DNA of 63,800 bases, the filler included, from Folioceros fuciformis (Eukaryota), in assembly GCA_049999805.1 (NCBI GenBank). It is 8 parts of 8 records of this genome, joined end to end, with 100 filler letters (N's around TTAATTAATTAA, not from the genome) between each part and the next. Parts side by side here need not be neighbours in the genome. Positions count along the whole stretch, not along the records: positions 35,606 to 45,417 come from JBNGIO010005365.1; positions 45,518 to 61,892 come from JBNGIO010005366.1; 6 more parts are not named here. One strand, given 5' to 3'. Shown here in pieces: positions 36,736 through 49,300 of this stretch. The notes under the pieces were generated by a model. The model saw only the letters and a list, made by a program, of their open reading frames with translations, was not told the origin of the DNA and searched no databases. Position numbers and translations under genes: made by a program. Within the stretch, counting starts at the first letter, position 1; every line of letters starts with the position of its first letter.

Positions 36736-39691
36736 ATTAGAGTCGTGGCAATACGTGGTCTTCCACTTCTTTGCAAGGACACTCCGGAGCACCTCCCGAA
36801 GATTGCTGATGTCTTGGGGCAGCTGCTTGTGTCAGGTAGCCTATGAATAGGATCCCCTGCATGTGAAGGCAGGAATGAAGTCAGTGGAACTGTTAACCCT
36901 TCACTCTCTTGCTGTCCGATTTGTGTAGAGGAGGGACTCGAAAGGGATGCTGTGCAAAAGGCCATGATGACAATACTCTCGCAGGATGCGAAAGGTATTG
37001 GGCTTCCTGTTGGAGCGCATGAAGTTGCTCAAGGTTGAAAATGTTTTGGTCTTCTGACATACATTTGTGTCCACAGCCTGCTTGACAGCTTTATTTAAGC
37101 ATATTGAGACTGGGGAGGAGAATCTGCGGGAGAAAGTCATAGTCTTTGTGAGAGAAAAGGTATCTGCTTAGAATTTTGAGCTGCTCCCCTTCGAATCTTG
37201 ATGTGATATTTGAACAATGCAGTGTTAGCGCACTTCTGTTCCTCACCATTTAGTTATCCTGCAGGTTTTTCCTGCTAAGAAGGAGCTGCTGGTCCCCCAG
37301 GTAGAGATGGAGCGCCACATTACTGACTTAGTCAAAAAGGTGCTTCCTATTTCCCCTTCTATAATCTTCACTAGTTATGGTACTTAGTTTGTTGACTATT
37401 CGAAGTCAGCATCATGAAGACGGGGAGGTGAACTCGGGGAAATCAAGGACAAGCAGAAACAAAGCCTTAGTTCATTTTTCTGGGCTTCTCCTGGTTTGCA
37501 TCTGGAGTCTGCTGTCCTTCCTCTGTACTCAAGGCCACATTTCCGTGTGATCCTTCTGTACATCCGATTGCAGATAAGCATTTGCTATTTCTAGAGGAAA
37601 ATTTGAACTTGAGAAACTTCAGTCCCATATCGAGTAGCAAGCTCGTGACTTGGACTCCTGTATGCCAGGTAGTACAAGTACCCCAAATCCACATGCTATT
37701 GGCTGGGACCAGAGTGTCTCCTCTCCAATGAAGTTTCGTTGTATGCAGATTTTGCAAGATGTGACTGGAGCAGAATTCAAAATGTTTATGGACTTTCTGA
37801 AGAGTCTGACCCTTTTTGGAGAAAATGCGCCTCCTGAGAGGGTCCAGGAGTTACTGGAGATTGTGGAGAGTCAGGCTGATCTCGATGCACAATTTAAGGT
37901 AATCAAAGAGACTGACTTGCTTTGATTATTGCTGTTGTTTATAGCTGTATAGGTATGGTGACTTTTGTTTTACCATTGTACAGGTGACAGACACAGATCA
38001 CATAGATCGATTAATGTCGTGTCTGGGCATGGCCCTTCCTTTGTACGCGGTAAGTGCCAGTGCTGTCCTTCTGTTCCCTGAAGTTTAGTCAATTACCTAT
38101 GTTTTTTTGGGACGTCAAACTTCTATACTGTTCGATGATAATGTTGTTTTGTGGTTGAGTTCAGCGTGGGGCTTCCAACAGTAGGTTCTTTACGTACATC
38201 AACAAGCATCTTCTTCCCGTTTTTGATGCGGTGAGGGCTAGAAGTTTAGCAAGGTTTTCTCTGACGGGGTTTTCTCAATAGCTCAGTGCTAAATGTTCTC
38301 TTACTGTGTTATCTGCAGCTTCCAAAGGAGAAAAAATCAATCTTGCTGCGGAACCTTGCAGAGGGGTCTCCCTACACCTCAGCTCAAGATGCCAGGCAGC
38401 TTCTTGTTTCCGTTCTGGAGTTGCTCAAGGTATGTCAATTGATTCTGTTCGACAACCTGGCTATCTTCGGTTTTAAAAACTGAGTGGATGTTTTCCTCAG
38501 TTGAAAGTCGAATGTGTGGAATAATTATACTCAGGATGATGGTTTTGTCTCCTGCAGAAATCTATACCCAAGCGGAAGGCACATGAGGATTTAAATCTTA
38601 CATCTGTCGAGTGTCTTCTGTATACATTTCATCAACTGGCACATAAGGTAGCTGATATCACGTCGTTTTGGTTCGGAGCCACAGAAGTATGTTATTGCAT
38701 CTAGGTGGTTGGGCTCCTCATGGTTTTTTTCTTGACGATCTCTGCAGACCCCCAATACCACCAATAGCTTGTGTGGGTACAAGATTGTGACTGGACAACC
38801 ATCTGATCGTTTGGGTGAAGATTTTTCCGAGCTGTACAAGGATTTTTCAGAAAGGTATGTTGCAAACACGGTATAGCTTTAATTTGGTGAATCTCTGATT
38901 CGGTAGCAGCCACACGAAATTCTGTACTCACTAAAGGCTGCAGGTTGACAGCAGTAGAGGACGTGGCAAGAACTTTTAGCAAGAAATTAGCTCAAGGAAT
39001 GTCAGAGCATAAGAAAACAGTGGCTGCAGCGAAAGATGAAACTGCCAAAGCAGAAGCTGTAAGTTATACCTGAGTAAATACCTCTGATGTCCTTACGGCA
39101 CCTCAATTTGCGTCAACCGACGTCGGAATTGTCCGTTTTGCAGATACTCAGAAAGTCTGAGACTAGCATTGGTCTCCGCCTGTGCAATAATATTCTGGCC
39201 CTCGCTCAGGTAGAACCAACTCACTAAGTTATTTGCCGGTTTGTTGTGTGGTTTACTGAACCGCCGTCTCTGACTCCTCTTCTATTGCCACCTCAGCCAC
39301 TCCACCACAAATCCCCAACTTTCTTCGGGGAGATAAAGGGTTTTCAGCTGTCATGGAAAGAACCAGCTAAATTACCCCCTCCAACTCAGGCTGTCGCCAC
39401 AACTTCTGCAGGGTAACTGTTTATTTTGGGTTTTTGTCACTGGACTGCTTGTTCCACTCCACTGACTTGTTTACTTTGACCAGCTTAGTAACGATACCAC
39501 GCGTGTTCAGGGTGAAACGTCCAACGGCTGCCGGTAGCAATGGAGCGGCTGCAAAAAGGGCTCGATCGGATGGTGCTTCGCCTCAACTCGTGAATAAAGC
39601 ACTTGCGGGGTTGTCTAGGGGCGGAGGAGCAGGTAGAGGTGGTAGAGGAGGATGGCGTGCTAGGCGAGGTCGGGGGAGAGGAGGATATTGA
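36736..39691 (+). CDS. API5: Apoptosis inhibitor 5 (API5); exons 36736-36835, 36929-36994, 37077-37159, 37265-37339, 37749-37898, 37984-38049, 38165-38230, 38319-38429, 38558-38647, 38748-38854, 38944-39058, 39144-39209, 39297-39412, 39511-39691; N-terminal exons not on this contig
   Basis: All introns are GT-AG and in phase. The spliced protein has IRGLPLLCKDTPE, MERHITDLVKK, DVTGAEFKMFMDFL, VECLLYTFHQLAHK, NSLCGYKIVTGQPSDRLGEDFSE, LSWKE and an RGG tail, all hallmarks of plant API5. Confidence 0.95.
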
Positions 39692-39829
39692 TGAGAGGAT
39701 CCGGCGCCTTCACGGCTGGGAGAGAAACGAAGCGTAGTTACGGGCAGCGAGGAACCTCCTCTTGGTCTGGTGGCGAGGCATTGTTCTCTATTCAGCTTAG
39801 TTCTCCCAATTGTATTGTAGAAACCATTA

Positions 39830-41130
39830 GGGGGGCCAATTTTTTTCCAGACGTAAAAGTTTTCGCAGACAATCATTTACTGGATTTGTAGCATGAGATG
39901 GTACTGTCCCGTTTTTTAAGCGTAAAGCGTCCGTGATTCCCATGGGTAATGTCATACGCATTTTGTCGGGCGCTGTGCGTTTGACAAATTCTGGAACGCG
40001 ACTGAGGAAGATGACCTTCTGTTGCATCCTCGTTAGCAGCCTTTCGCGGGCATGGAGCTATGTAGGTCCTGGCCACCGATGGTTGATTTCGACTTACTCC
40101 CGTGGCTGCCCTCCGCATGCAGCTTCTGGCTTTAAGCTAGATGTGAAGTCAGCTGTAAAACGCTCTCCTCCTCTGTTTTCAGATTCCTCGAGGCCACCTT
40201 GAAGCGTCTTGTCTCCTGGGCTCGTGAGGTCCCTGCACAGGAAGAGGAGACGAAATCACGTCTCCTGAGGACAAAATATGTTTTTCAAGTTATTTTATCT
40301 GAAGAGTGCCGGGAAGCCTTTCAAGCTAAATATTACGGGTCCTGAGCGTGCTATGGTACGAAGCGAATTGAGCTTCATCTATCTCGGATAATTCTCTTGC
40401 ACATCAACTGATCGGATGCAAACTTCACCTCAGCCATGAGGTATGTCAAATCAACTCCATTGGTGTTGATGTTTTGAGAGACAGGAAGCCCTTCCTTCCA
40501 CATGTAGACGTGAAAGGGACCAGAGGAATAATGTGTCGAAATACCATCGGTGGCCCGCCGGTGCGAGTTCTTGCTGGCGATGACCGGGAAGGAAGGTGTC
40601 ACCCCTGAGCTGAGGGAGTGCTCGAAATGAGCAAGAGCGTCCTGATCCTGGACGTGGCTGGTAATTCCCTCTCTGGACTGGAAGCGTTCCCAATTGGTAA
40701 AGGCTCGTACGCCTGGCCCCATGTCTCTCCTACCAGCACCAACGGCAGCAATCTTAGCGGAATCTTCAAGGTTGCTTGCTGCCTCCAATCAAAATACCTG
40801 GATGCAGCCATAAACTTCAACACAAGCCTCACGTGTTTCTTGCAGATTTCAGCTTTGAAGCCGGTGAAACTTCCGTGGAACCTTTTCATGACATACTGGA
40901 TGTTAGTCACTATCAGCTACATGGCCCTCTTGCTCAAAGTCTTCCTCCTCCAAATCTCAATTCTGTGTTCCGTGGCTTCAATCAAATCACTGATGCTCTT
41001 TCTCAGGGACATGGTTCAAGGCTTCCCTCCTCATAAGTTTCTGAAAGCAGGGCAACCGCTTCACTGGGGACGTCGCCAACTTACAGCTTGCTCGAGTCTT
41101 CGGCGGTGTAGGATTGGCAATTACCTATTC
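39830..41130 (-). pseudogene. Possible decayed coding region of unknown product, convergent with API5
   Basis: Overlapping protein-like frames (MSLRKSISDLIEATEHRIEIW.., 40599-40910, 40375-40788) broken by stops and frameshifts. No recognised domain. Confidence 0.3.
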
Positions 41131-41137
41131 AAGACAC

Positions 41138-41323
41138 TAAGCCAATAACGGTTCGTATTTAAGTTAGGTTAAAACGGTTACAACTAGTTCTTTGTTTTGA
41201 GCTTTTTTTTAACCTCAATATAATAATCACTTACGCCAACGCCTTAGCTTCTTCATGCTCTTGATCATGGTGTTGACCACGGTGATTCTGGTCACGCGAT
41301 AACTACGTTATGGTATCAGGGCC
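41138..41323 (+). mobile_element. Possible short LTR plus Met-PBS (TGGTATCAGGGCC at 41311-41323)
   Basis: Good PBS match. The LTR boundaries (TA..TA) are inferred only. Confidence 0.4.
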
Positions 41324-41426
41324 ATTACGGATCCCATATGGTATGAGTTCTGCACATCAAATTGGAAAGCAGCATTACGGATCCCATATGGTATGAGTTC
41401 TGCACCATCAAATTGGAAAGCAGCAT
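41323..41426. repeat. 50/51-bp direct tandem duplication
   Basis: CATTACGGATCCCATATGGTATGAGTTCTGCAC(C)ATCAAATTGGAAAGCAG occurs twice. Confidence 0.9.
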
Positions 41427-41898
41427 CTGCCGTATAAGGCACTACAAACCCTAGGCTGTCTGCATACTCGGTGATCACAAGGATCATATCTTTAGGCACA
41501 GCAATTAGACGCATTTTTCAATTACATAAGCCGCACGGAGCATGCCGCTATGCCGCGTCCAGCCTGGACAGCACCACCTATGAGTATCCCTTGGAAGGAG
41601 GAAGAAAAACAGCTTTATTTCACCTTGCGCAAGCAATTCTGGCAGGTTTTGAGCAAGTGGGACCGTGATCAGAAACATGCGTAGCATAACTGATGCTGCA
41701 CCATGACAATGCACAGGAATAGAGAGATAGGTTCTCAAGAGATTATGATTCACCTTCTCCTAGACAGTATCACACTTGTAGCCCTTATAATTGTTGCTGT
41801 GAATTGCATGTAGAAGATCGGCAAGTATCCCGTCGTCCTCCGTCCACACAACACCTCACATCACAACCTAATAACATTACGATTAGGCAGTTGAACAC

Positions 41899-44800
41899 TA
41901 TAGGGTTATTAACGCCCAATGTGCTTAGACTAATGTGATAAGTCTAATTAAACTAATGTGATTAGTCTAATTAAACTAGTGTGATAAGTTTAATTAGACT
42001 AATGTAATTAGTCTAAGATTAGTGTTTAATTAAGTATCATTAGCTTAAGCTAATCTTTAGGAAGCTTCCTGCATAGCTTCCTGTGAGCTTCTTGTGAAGC
42101 TTCTTTGGGTGCTTTTCTAGAGGGTATAAATACCCCCTTGAGCTCCCTTTGCAATAGAGATGTAAGACCTCTCTTTCTCCTCTCCTCTCCTCCTCCCTTC
42201 TTCTCTCCTCTCCTTCACCATGCTCCTCTAATGATCCTTTCAAGTGGTATCAGAGCAAAGGTTGTGGAGCAAGATAGTTGTGCCTATTGTAGGTACAATG
42301 AGCGGAGGCACAAGGCAAGAAGATGGAGTTAGGAGGGTTAGGGCGCCAGTAGGGCGCCACCCGGGCGCCAACTAAGCACCACTTAGGCCGTCAGCAGGGT
42401 GCCAACGCGGCGCCACTTGGGCGCCACCCGCGCGCCACCCGCGCGCCAACGCGGCGCTACTTGGCCGTAAGCAGGGCGCCAGCGGGGTGCCACCTTGGTG
42501 CCAGCAAGGTGCCCGTAGGGCACAAACTAGGCACCAACTAGGCACCAACTAGGCACCAACTAGGCACCAACTAGGCACCAACTAGGCACCAACTAGGCAC
42601 CAACTAGGCACCAACTAGGCACCAACTAGGCACCAATGGAAGGGATACCTGGACGGTAGTCGTTCGCCAGTGGANNNNNNNNNNNNNNNNNNNNNNNNNN
42701 NNNNNNNNNNNNNNNNNNNNNNNNNNNNNNNNNNNNNNNNNNNNNNNNNNNNNNNNNNNNNNNNNNNNNNNNNNGCCGAACTGACCCCGACCGTGGAAGT
42801 CAAGATCTCGATCGGACGATGGGAGACATTCCAGTTGTGAGCGATCGAAGCCCAAGTTGTGGACATCCGATTTGGAACAAGTTATGAGGGTAACTTTGAG
42901 AATCTACATTACATTCCGACTGTTTACTAACTAGCCTTTTAGTTGATTTGCATTGGTTTTTGAATCATGACGTCCTCTAAAAACATCATGTTCAATATCG
43001 AGAAGTTAGATGGTACTAACTTCCCGTTCTGGAAAGAACAAGTGTACAATGTTCTAGTGCAGAAGAAGCAAATCAAGCCGATAAAGTTGCTAGGAGTGAA
43101 ACCTGTTAGCATGACTCAGGATGAGTGGCAGGATCTAGATGAGCTTACTAGGTCTACCATCATACTAACATTGTCAAAGTCGGTCTACTTCAACGTGAAA
43201 GACAAGACCACAAGCTACGAGCTATGGCAGAAGTTGTGTGACCTGTACAAGAAGTAAAGTGCGGCTTCTCAGGTGTACTGGTTGAAACAACTAGTGGACT
43301 TGAAGATGAAGGAAGGGACAAGGATGTCCGATCATCTAAACGAGTTCAATACAATTTTCAGCCAGCTCTCATCTCAAGGTATCTCGTTTCCAGATTCCGT
43401 GAGAGCTATGTTTCTATTGGTCACATTACCAGAGAGCGTCCCAACACCTTTCGTACAGCTCTGAGTAATTCGGCTCTTGCCAGTGGTCTTACCGTTGTAA
43501 ATGTAGAAGGTAGTCTGTTAACAGAGGAGGTGAACAGGAAGAATATGGAACCTTCGAAAGGTTCCAATGCCCTCATGGTGAGAAGAAGGTCCACTTCAAA
43601 GGGGAAGTACAAGGAGCGAAGTTCTTCCCATAGTAAATCTCATAGTCGTAACAATGTTGAGTGTTACCATTGTCACAAGAAGGTCACATCAGGAAGGACT
43701 GCGAGAAGTTCAAGAAGGACATAGGAAAGGAGAAGAAGCAAACCGACACCAAGGCAAGTCCGAGTACCAAGCCTAACGAGGTGAATTATGTTGACGATGG
43801 ATATGTTCTTATCTCTTCTTCCTTCGATTCTGCACAACTGACAGCGGTGGATAGTCATTTATTCTCTAATTGGATAATTGACTCTGGAGCATCTTTCCGT
43901 GTTACTCCGCATAAGGAGTGGTTTAGCACTTATGATGCTACTAGGAAAGGATGTGTTCGGCTTGGAAATAACTACGCGTGCGAGATTGCAGGCGTTGGTG
44001 ACGTGCAGCTGAAGTTCCACAACGGATCTTCATTCACATTGAAGGATGTTAGGCATGTTCCGAAGTTGACAAAAAACATGATTAGCGCAGGGCAGTTCGA
44101 TGACGCTGGCTACCACTGTTGTTTTGGAGATAATTCTTGGAAGGTCTCCAAAGGTTCTCTTGTGTTAGCTTGTGGAACGAAGTGTGGCACTTTGTACTCA
44201 CTTCAGGTAACCACTGTTAAGGATCATGTGATTTGAGTAACGGAGCAGCCAAGTGTTTCCTTGTGGCATAGTCGGTTAGGACATCTGTCTCAAAAAGGAA
44301 TGAAGATCTTATCTCGTTTTGGTTACGTCCCTGCTTTTGACTTCTCCGATTTCTCCGTGTGTGAGTACTATTTGTATGGAAAACAGATGAAGTCACCACA
44401 TGGAGCAAGAGGTAAACACAAAAGTAGACCTCTTGAGTTGGTTCACAATGACGTTTGTGGACCTATGTCCACTGTATCGTTAGGCGGTGCATCTTATTTT
44501 GTCACTTTCATTGATGACTTTTCACGCAAGGTGTGGGTTTATCCTTTGAGGAAAAAGGATGATGTTCTGACAGTGTTTCAGAAATTCGTCACCCTTGTGG
44601 AGACTCAATCTGGCCTCCGACTGAAGTGTCTAAGGACAGACAATGGGGGAGAGTATGTCTTGAAGGCTTTCCAGTCATTCTGTGATTCTAAGGGAATCAA
44701 GAGAGAATTGATTGCGCCGTATACTCCTCCCCAGAATGGTGTGGCTGAACGGATGAACAGGACCATCCAGGAGCGGATGCGTAGTTTATTGTCAAACTCT

Positions 44801-45417
44801 GGATTGCCTAACGGATTTTGGGCCGAAGCAATGGCTACTACGGTGCATCTTATTAACAGATCTCCTAATAGGGCTGTGGATGAGCAGGTTCCGGAGGACT
44901 CCATATGGTCTGGAAAGAAGCCGTCATACAAGCATCTACGAGTGTTTGGCTGCGAGGCATACTACCATGTTCCTAAGGAGTTTAAGGACAAGTTGGCACC
45001 CAAGTCCAAGAAATATATTTTTCTTGGCTATGGTGAATCTGGTGAGATGGGATACCGTCTGTGGGATCCAGAGGCCAAGAGAATGGTTCGCAGTAATGAC
45101 GTGTTCTTCAATGAGACCAAGATGCGCAAGAAGCCTACTCCAACTGTGGAGGTGCGACGGGTGGTGTTTCAAGAAGATGGATTTGACCGTCCTGCGCAGG
45201 TTGAACGTCGTGATGTGCAGGAACAAGTTCCTCCACTTGTACAAGAGGAGAGAGTGCAACCAGCTCCGGTCGAGGCACCATTGCTTCGTAGGTCAGGAAG
45301 GATCTCACATCCTCCTGACAGGTATGTTGCATCTCTTGATTATGTCATGCTGACGGATTGTGGGGAGCCCTCTTGTTACCAAGAGGCCATGTCAGTGACT
45401 GACAAGGACAAGTGGGA
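41899..45417 (+). mobile_element. Tnt1/Tork-like Ty1/Copia element; 5' LTR 41899-42242, PBS 42245-42256, disrupted gag-pol 42967-45417
   Basis: TGGTATCAGAGC PBS; FNIEKLDGTNFPFWK, WIIDSGASF, WHSRLGHLS, LRTDNGGEY, NGVAERMNRT, GEPSCYQEAM. The LTR matches the solo LTR at 62333-62795. Confidence 0.92.
42525..42636. repeat. 11-bp tandem repeat (AACTAGGCACC) in the Copia leader
   Basis: About 10 perfect copies, preceded by degenerate GGCGCCA units from ~42340. Confidence 0.95.
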
Positions 45418-46326
45418 NNNNNNNNNNNNNNNNNNNNNNNNNNNNNNNNNNNNNNNNNNNNTTAATTAATTAANNNNNNNNNNNNNNNNNNNNNNNNNNN
45501 NNNNNNNNNNNNNNNNNCAGTTCCGCTGATGTCTGCTCCATGCAGAGCTGTAATGGCGGCTCACGCTCCGTTTTAAAGTTTCACACTTTCCAAAATCCGG
45601 ACGGGAAACATGCTTGACAACCGTGGGCAATTTACTTTAACCCAATAACTTTGAGGCAATGAGGCAAGTTCTAGGGCTCCGACGAAAACATAAACATGGG
45701 CGTCCCACGAAACCGATGCAAAATGGACCTCCGACGAAAACATACACAACACGGAGCTCCACCAAAACACAGGGCATCCGTAAATTAACCCCCTACGTAC
45801 GAACCTACTCAGCTTGAGTAGATGTCCGGGGATGAGAGGTCTTCCAACTTTTCTACATCGATCTTGGATTCGAATTTTTGAGATAGTAATGGGTTCGAAT
45901 TCTTAGGATTTTAAAGGTGCTCCAGAGTAATGCTCCTACCTTAGGCCTTTAACAAAGAAGCTATAGCCTCAAATCTCATCTATCCACTTCACAAGAGTGT
46001 CGTACTTAACTTAAATTTCACTTAACCTCCACAAGAGTGTAGTACTTAACTCTAATTGCATTGAGCTTCCACAAGAGTGTAGTACTTACCTCTAATTGCA
46101 CTCAACTTCCACGATAGGCCCTTCTAGGATGTTGCTTGTTATTCAAGAATACTTAAGCTATCACCTAACTAGCTAATGCCCTCCATTCTCTAGGAGGCTT
46201 TCTCTGAACTCTTTCCAACTCACACCACACTAGGCTCACAACTGAGCTCCTTCTTGAGGAATGATTGACTGATTTGAGTTAGTATTCTCAAAACCTTTGT
46301 CCTAGCCTTTTACATTCCTAGCTAGG

Positions 46327-49300
46327 TGTGGAGTCCACATGACGAAGAGATCCCCTCGAAAATGGTAGTGTTTGTTTTTTTTGGGGTTTCATATTGAATT
46401 TCGTAGGGAAGTGGTTAGGACATTAGGCTAATAAGTTGGGTCTAAGTAGGGAGTGTGGTAGGTAGGTCAATGATCTAGGTTCCTCTAGTTAGCGGAGATG
46501 GAGGTGTCCGGACGCTACCTTGGTGCATCGTGTGGATAGAGATCACGAGAGCACATGTGGCCGGATTAGCAGACCGGCGGGATCGGGGCGGTGGCCTACA
46601 TCTGGTCGGATCGGGGGCCAACAGCAACCGGGCTCTGGCTGGCAGATTTGGCCAAGGGTGGATCCAGGAGAGGCAAGCGGTTTGGGTGGCTAGGCGGGTC
46701 AGCAGTAGCTCGACAGGCGGCCTGGCCATCAGCGGCCTGACTATTGAGGAGCCGGCGAGCGACCCAACAGATCAGGCCGGCTAGATAGCAGGTCAGGTGG
46801 CCTCCTGGCTAGAATAAGTGACTGGCCGCGGTTGGGCGGCCGGACCATGGCTGGCGACCTGGAGCATGGCCGGGCCAGCACTGACCTGGATGGCGGCCAG
46901 CCGGGCTAGCCGACTGGGCCAGTAGCGGAGGCGAGCGGCGGCATTAGCTCTGGGCGTACGAGTCCAACAGGCAGCCAGGCCGAGCAGGTAGGCTACTTGG
47001 ACGGATTTGGAAGGTAAGAGCCAGCTTGCTGCCTCTGGGCACGCGGCCGGTAGTAGGCTAGCTGGCGGACCGGCTATAAGGGATCCAACCAGACAGCCTG
47101 GACGGCCCGGTTGGGCTGCCGGGCTGGACGAGGCAAGAGGCCGGTTTGCGGCCTTTGGGGACGGAGGATCTAGGCATCTTGGTAGCGGCAGTGAGCTGGC
47201 CTGGCCATGGCTAGCTATGGATGGAGCCAGGCAATCGGGCGGCTGGCGATTTGGCATCCAGGCGGGCGAGCGCCAAGAGCAGGAGTTGTGGGGGTGGCAC
47301 CTTCAGGCAGCATGGCAGGTGGCTGGCCCAGCAGCGGCCGGCTGCTGAGGAGCCGGCGGGCGACCCGACAGAGCAGGCAGGTTGGAGGTGGGCAGAAGCT
47401 AGGCCAGGCCTGCTGCGGGGATCCAAGCAGTCCGACCGGCTGGCTGCATCAGGGCCGAAGCAGCACAGGGAACCGGCCAGGCTGTAGGCATACATCAGGT
47501 AGCCTATGGGCCAGCAGCGGCTCGGCTGCTTGGCTAGCCGGGCTGGCGGCTGGTCGGGGGGATCCTAACAGGCGGGCCTAGCCGGATTGCCAGGTGACGG
47601 CGGGTTTGCTGCAGTAGCAGACCAGCTAGGCAAAGGTAGGCGGCTGGCAGCGGCCGCTAAGGAGTAGGCAAGCTGCAGTAGCACAGACGGCCAGCAGGCG
47701 ACCGGCAAGCAGGCAGCATAGAGGCTAGCGGGAGCCATGCCAGGAGGGCGGCGCTGGATCCAAGCCAGGCGAGCTGCGGGCTTCAGGCAGTCCAGGCTCT
47801 GGCTGATCGGCTAGCACGGCTAGCTGCGGCTGGTCGGGCTGGAGGTAGGCGGTGGTGCTGGATCCAGACCAGACGGGCGGTGCTGGATCCACAAGTGTTG
47901 CACGTCGAGACCGGATTTGGGCTGCAGTCCCGGCTGGATCCGGCGAGCCGGCTGGCTGCTAGCCCAAGGGGCAACAGGCAGCTGGGCCCGTCAGCAAGCA
48001 AGTAGCTAGCAGACTCGGCTGCTAGCAGCCAAGCAGCCCGAAGCGTAGCAAGAGCAGCTGGCAAGCCGGCTGGCTGGTACACGGATCCGGTAGGCGGCTA
48101 GGCCGGGCATGTGGGCTGGCTAGCCGATCCGGGAGGCCTAGCTGATCGGCTAGCCGGCTGATGGTAGTAAATCGGGGCCGAATCCAAGCCAAGTGGGGAT
48201 CCAGGCTAGGAAGGCTAGCATATGGGTTGGCTAGCGGTCTGGCTGTAGGTGGATCCAGCTAGATAGCCAAGACGGCCCGGCTAGCCGACGGGCGAGTCTG
48301 AGGTGGATCAAGGTGACAGGTTGGGTGGGATCCAGGCAACGACCAGGCGGCTAGCAGTGGCTGCTGAGGAGTAGGCCGCTCAACAGGCGGCTTGGCAGGT
48401 GGTCTAAGCAAATGCTAGCCGGATCGCCAGGTAGGTCGCGTTGGCGGCAAGCAGGCCGGACCCGCAGGTGCAGCAGGCAGGAAGCTGGATTCGTGTTGAG
48501 GCCAGGCGGGATCCAGCAGGCTGGACGGGTGGGTAGCAGCCACGCGGATCGATGGTAGGCTCCTGGCAGGCGCTAGTTAGGGCTAGAGGGCGCCTGGCCA
48601 GCAGGCTCCATGATGCCTGGCAAGATAAGGGCAAACGAACCTCGCTAAGCGGCTACAGGCAAGCAGCTAGGATGGGCTGCAGGTGGATCCAAGCTGGTCA
48701 GGGCCGGGGCTGGGTCTAGAAGCCGGCAGGCGGCTAGGCATAGTAGGATCGAGGCCAGACAGGCGGCGCCGGATCTAGGCCAGGCTGGCTGCTAGAGAAC
48801 AGGCAGGCAGCCTCGAGGTTGACGGGATCCAAGCACTATCCGGTCAGGCTGGCGGATCCCGGAAGGCAGGAGGAGGTGGGCTAGTAGGTGGGTTATACGG
48901 CTGGATCAGCCGATTGGCGGTTGGCTAGCAAGCTCTAGGTGGCCTGGCTGGATAAGGTAGGCTATCTGGAAAGCAGGGAGGTGGCTGACCTGACCAGCGG
49001 GCTGTGGCAGGTCGGGGTGGATCTGGCGAGGTGTGCGTGGGTGGAGGCCGGATCGCCAAACGGATTGCACATCCAAGTAGGGAGGCAAGCCGAATTAACA
49101 GGGCCCAGCCAGGTTGACGAGCAGGCAGATGGTAGGAAGGCCGGGGCGGCAACCTAGCTAGCGATGGCAGCTACGGGCAGGCACAGGCATTCGGCAGACA
49201 GCTAGGCCTGAAGGCAGGTGACGGTGAAGGGCATCATCGACGATAGCGCGGTGGAGAAGTGCTGAATCGAGTAGTGCGGTGACGGGGCTGGTGTGCAGGG

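Noticed and set aside
40618-41148. 176-aa plus-strand ORF
   Set aside because: Leu/Ser/Phe-rich with no motif; likely the antisense shadow of the minus-strand coding-like region.
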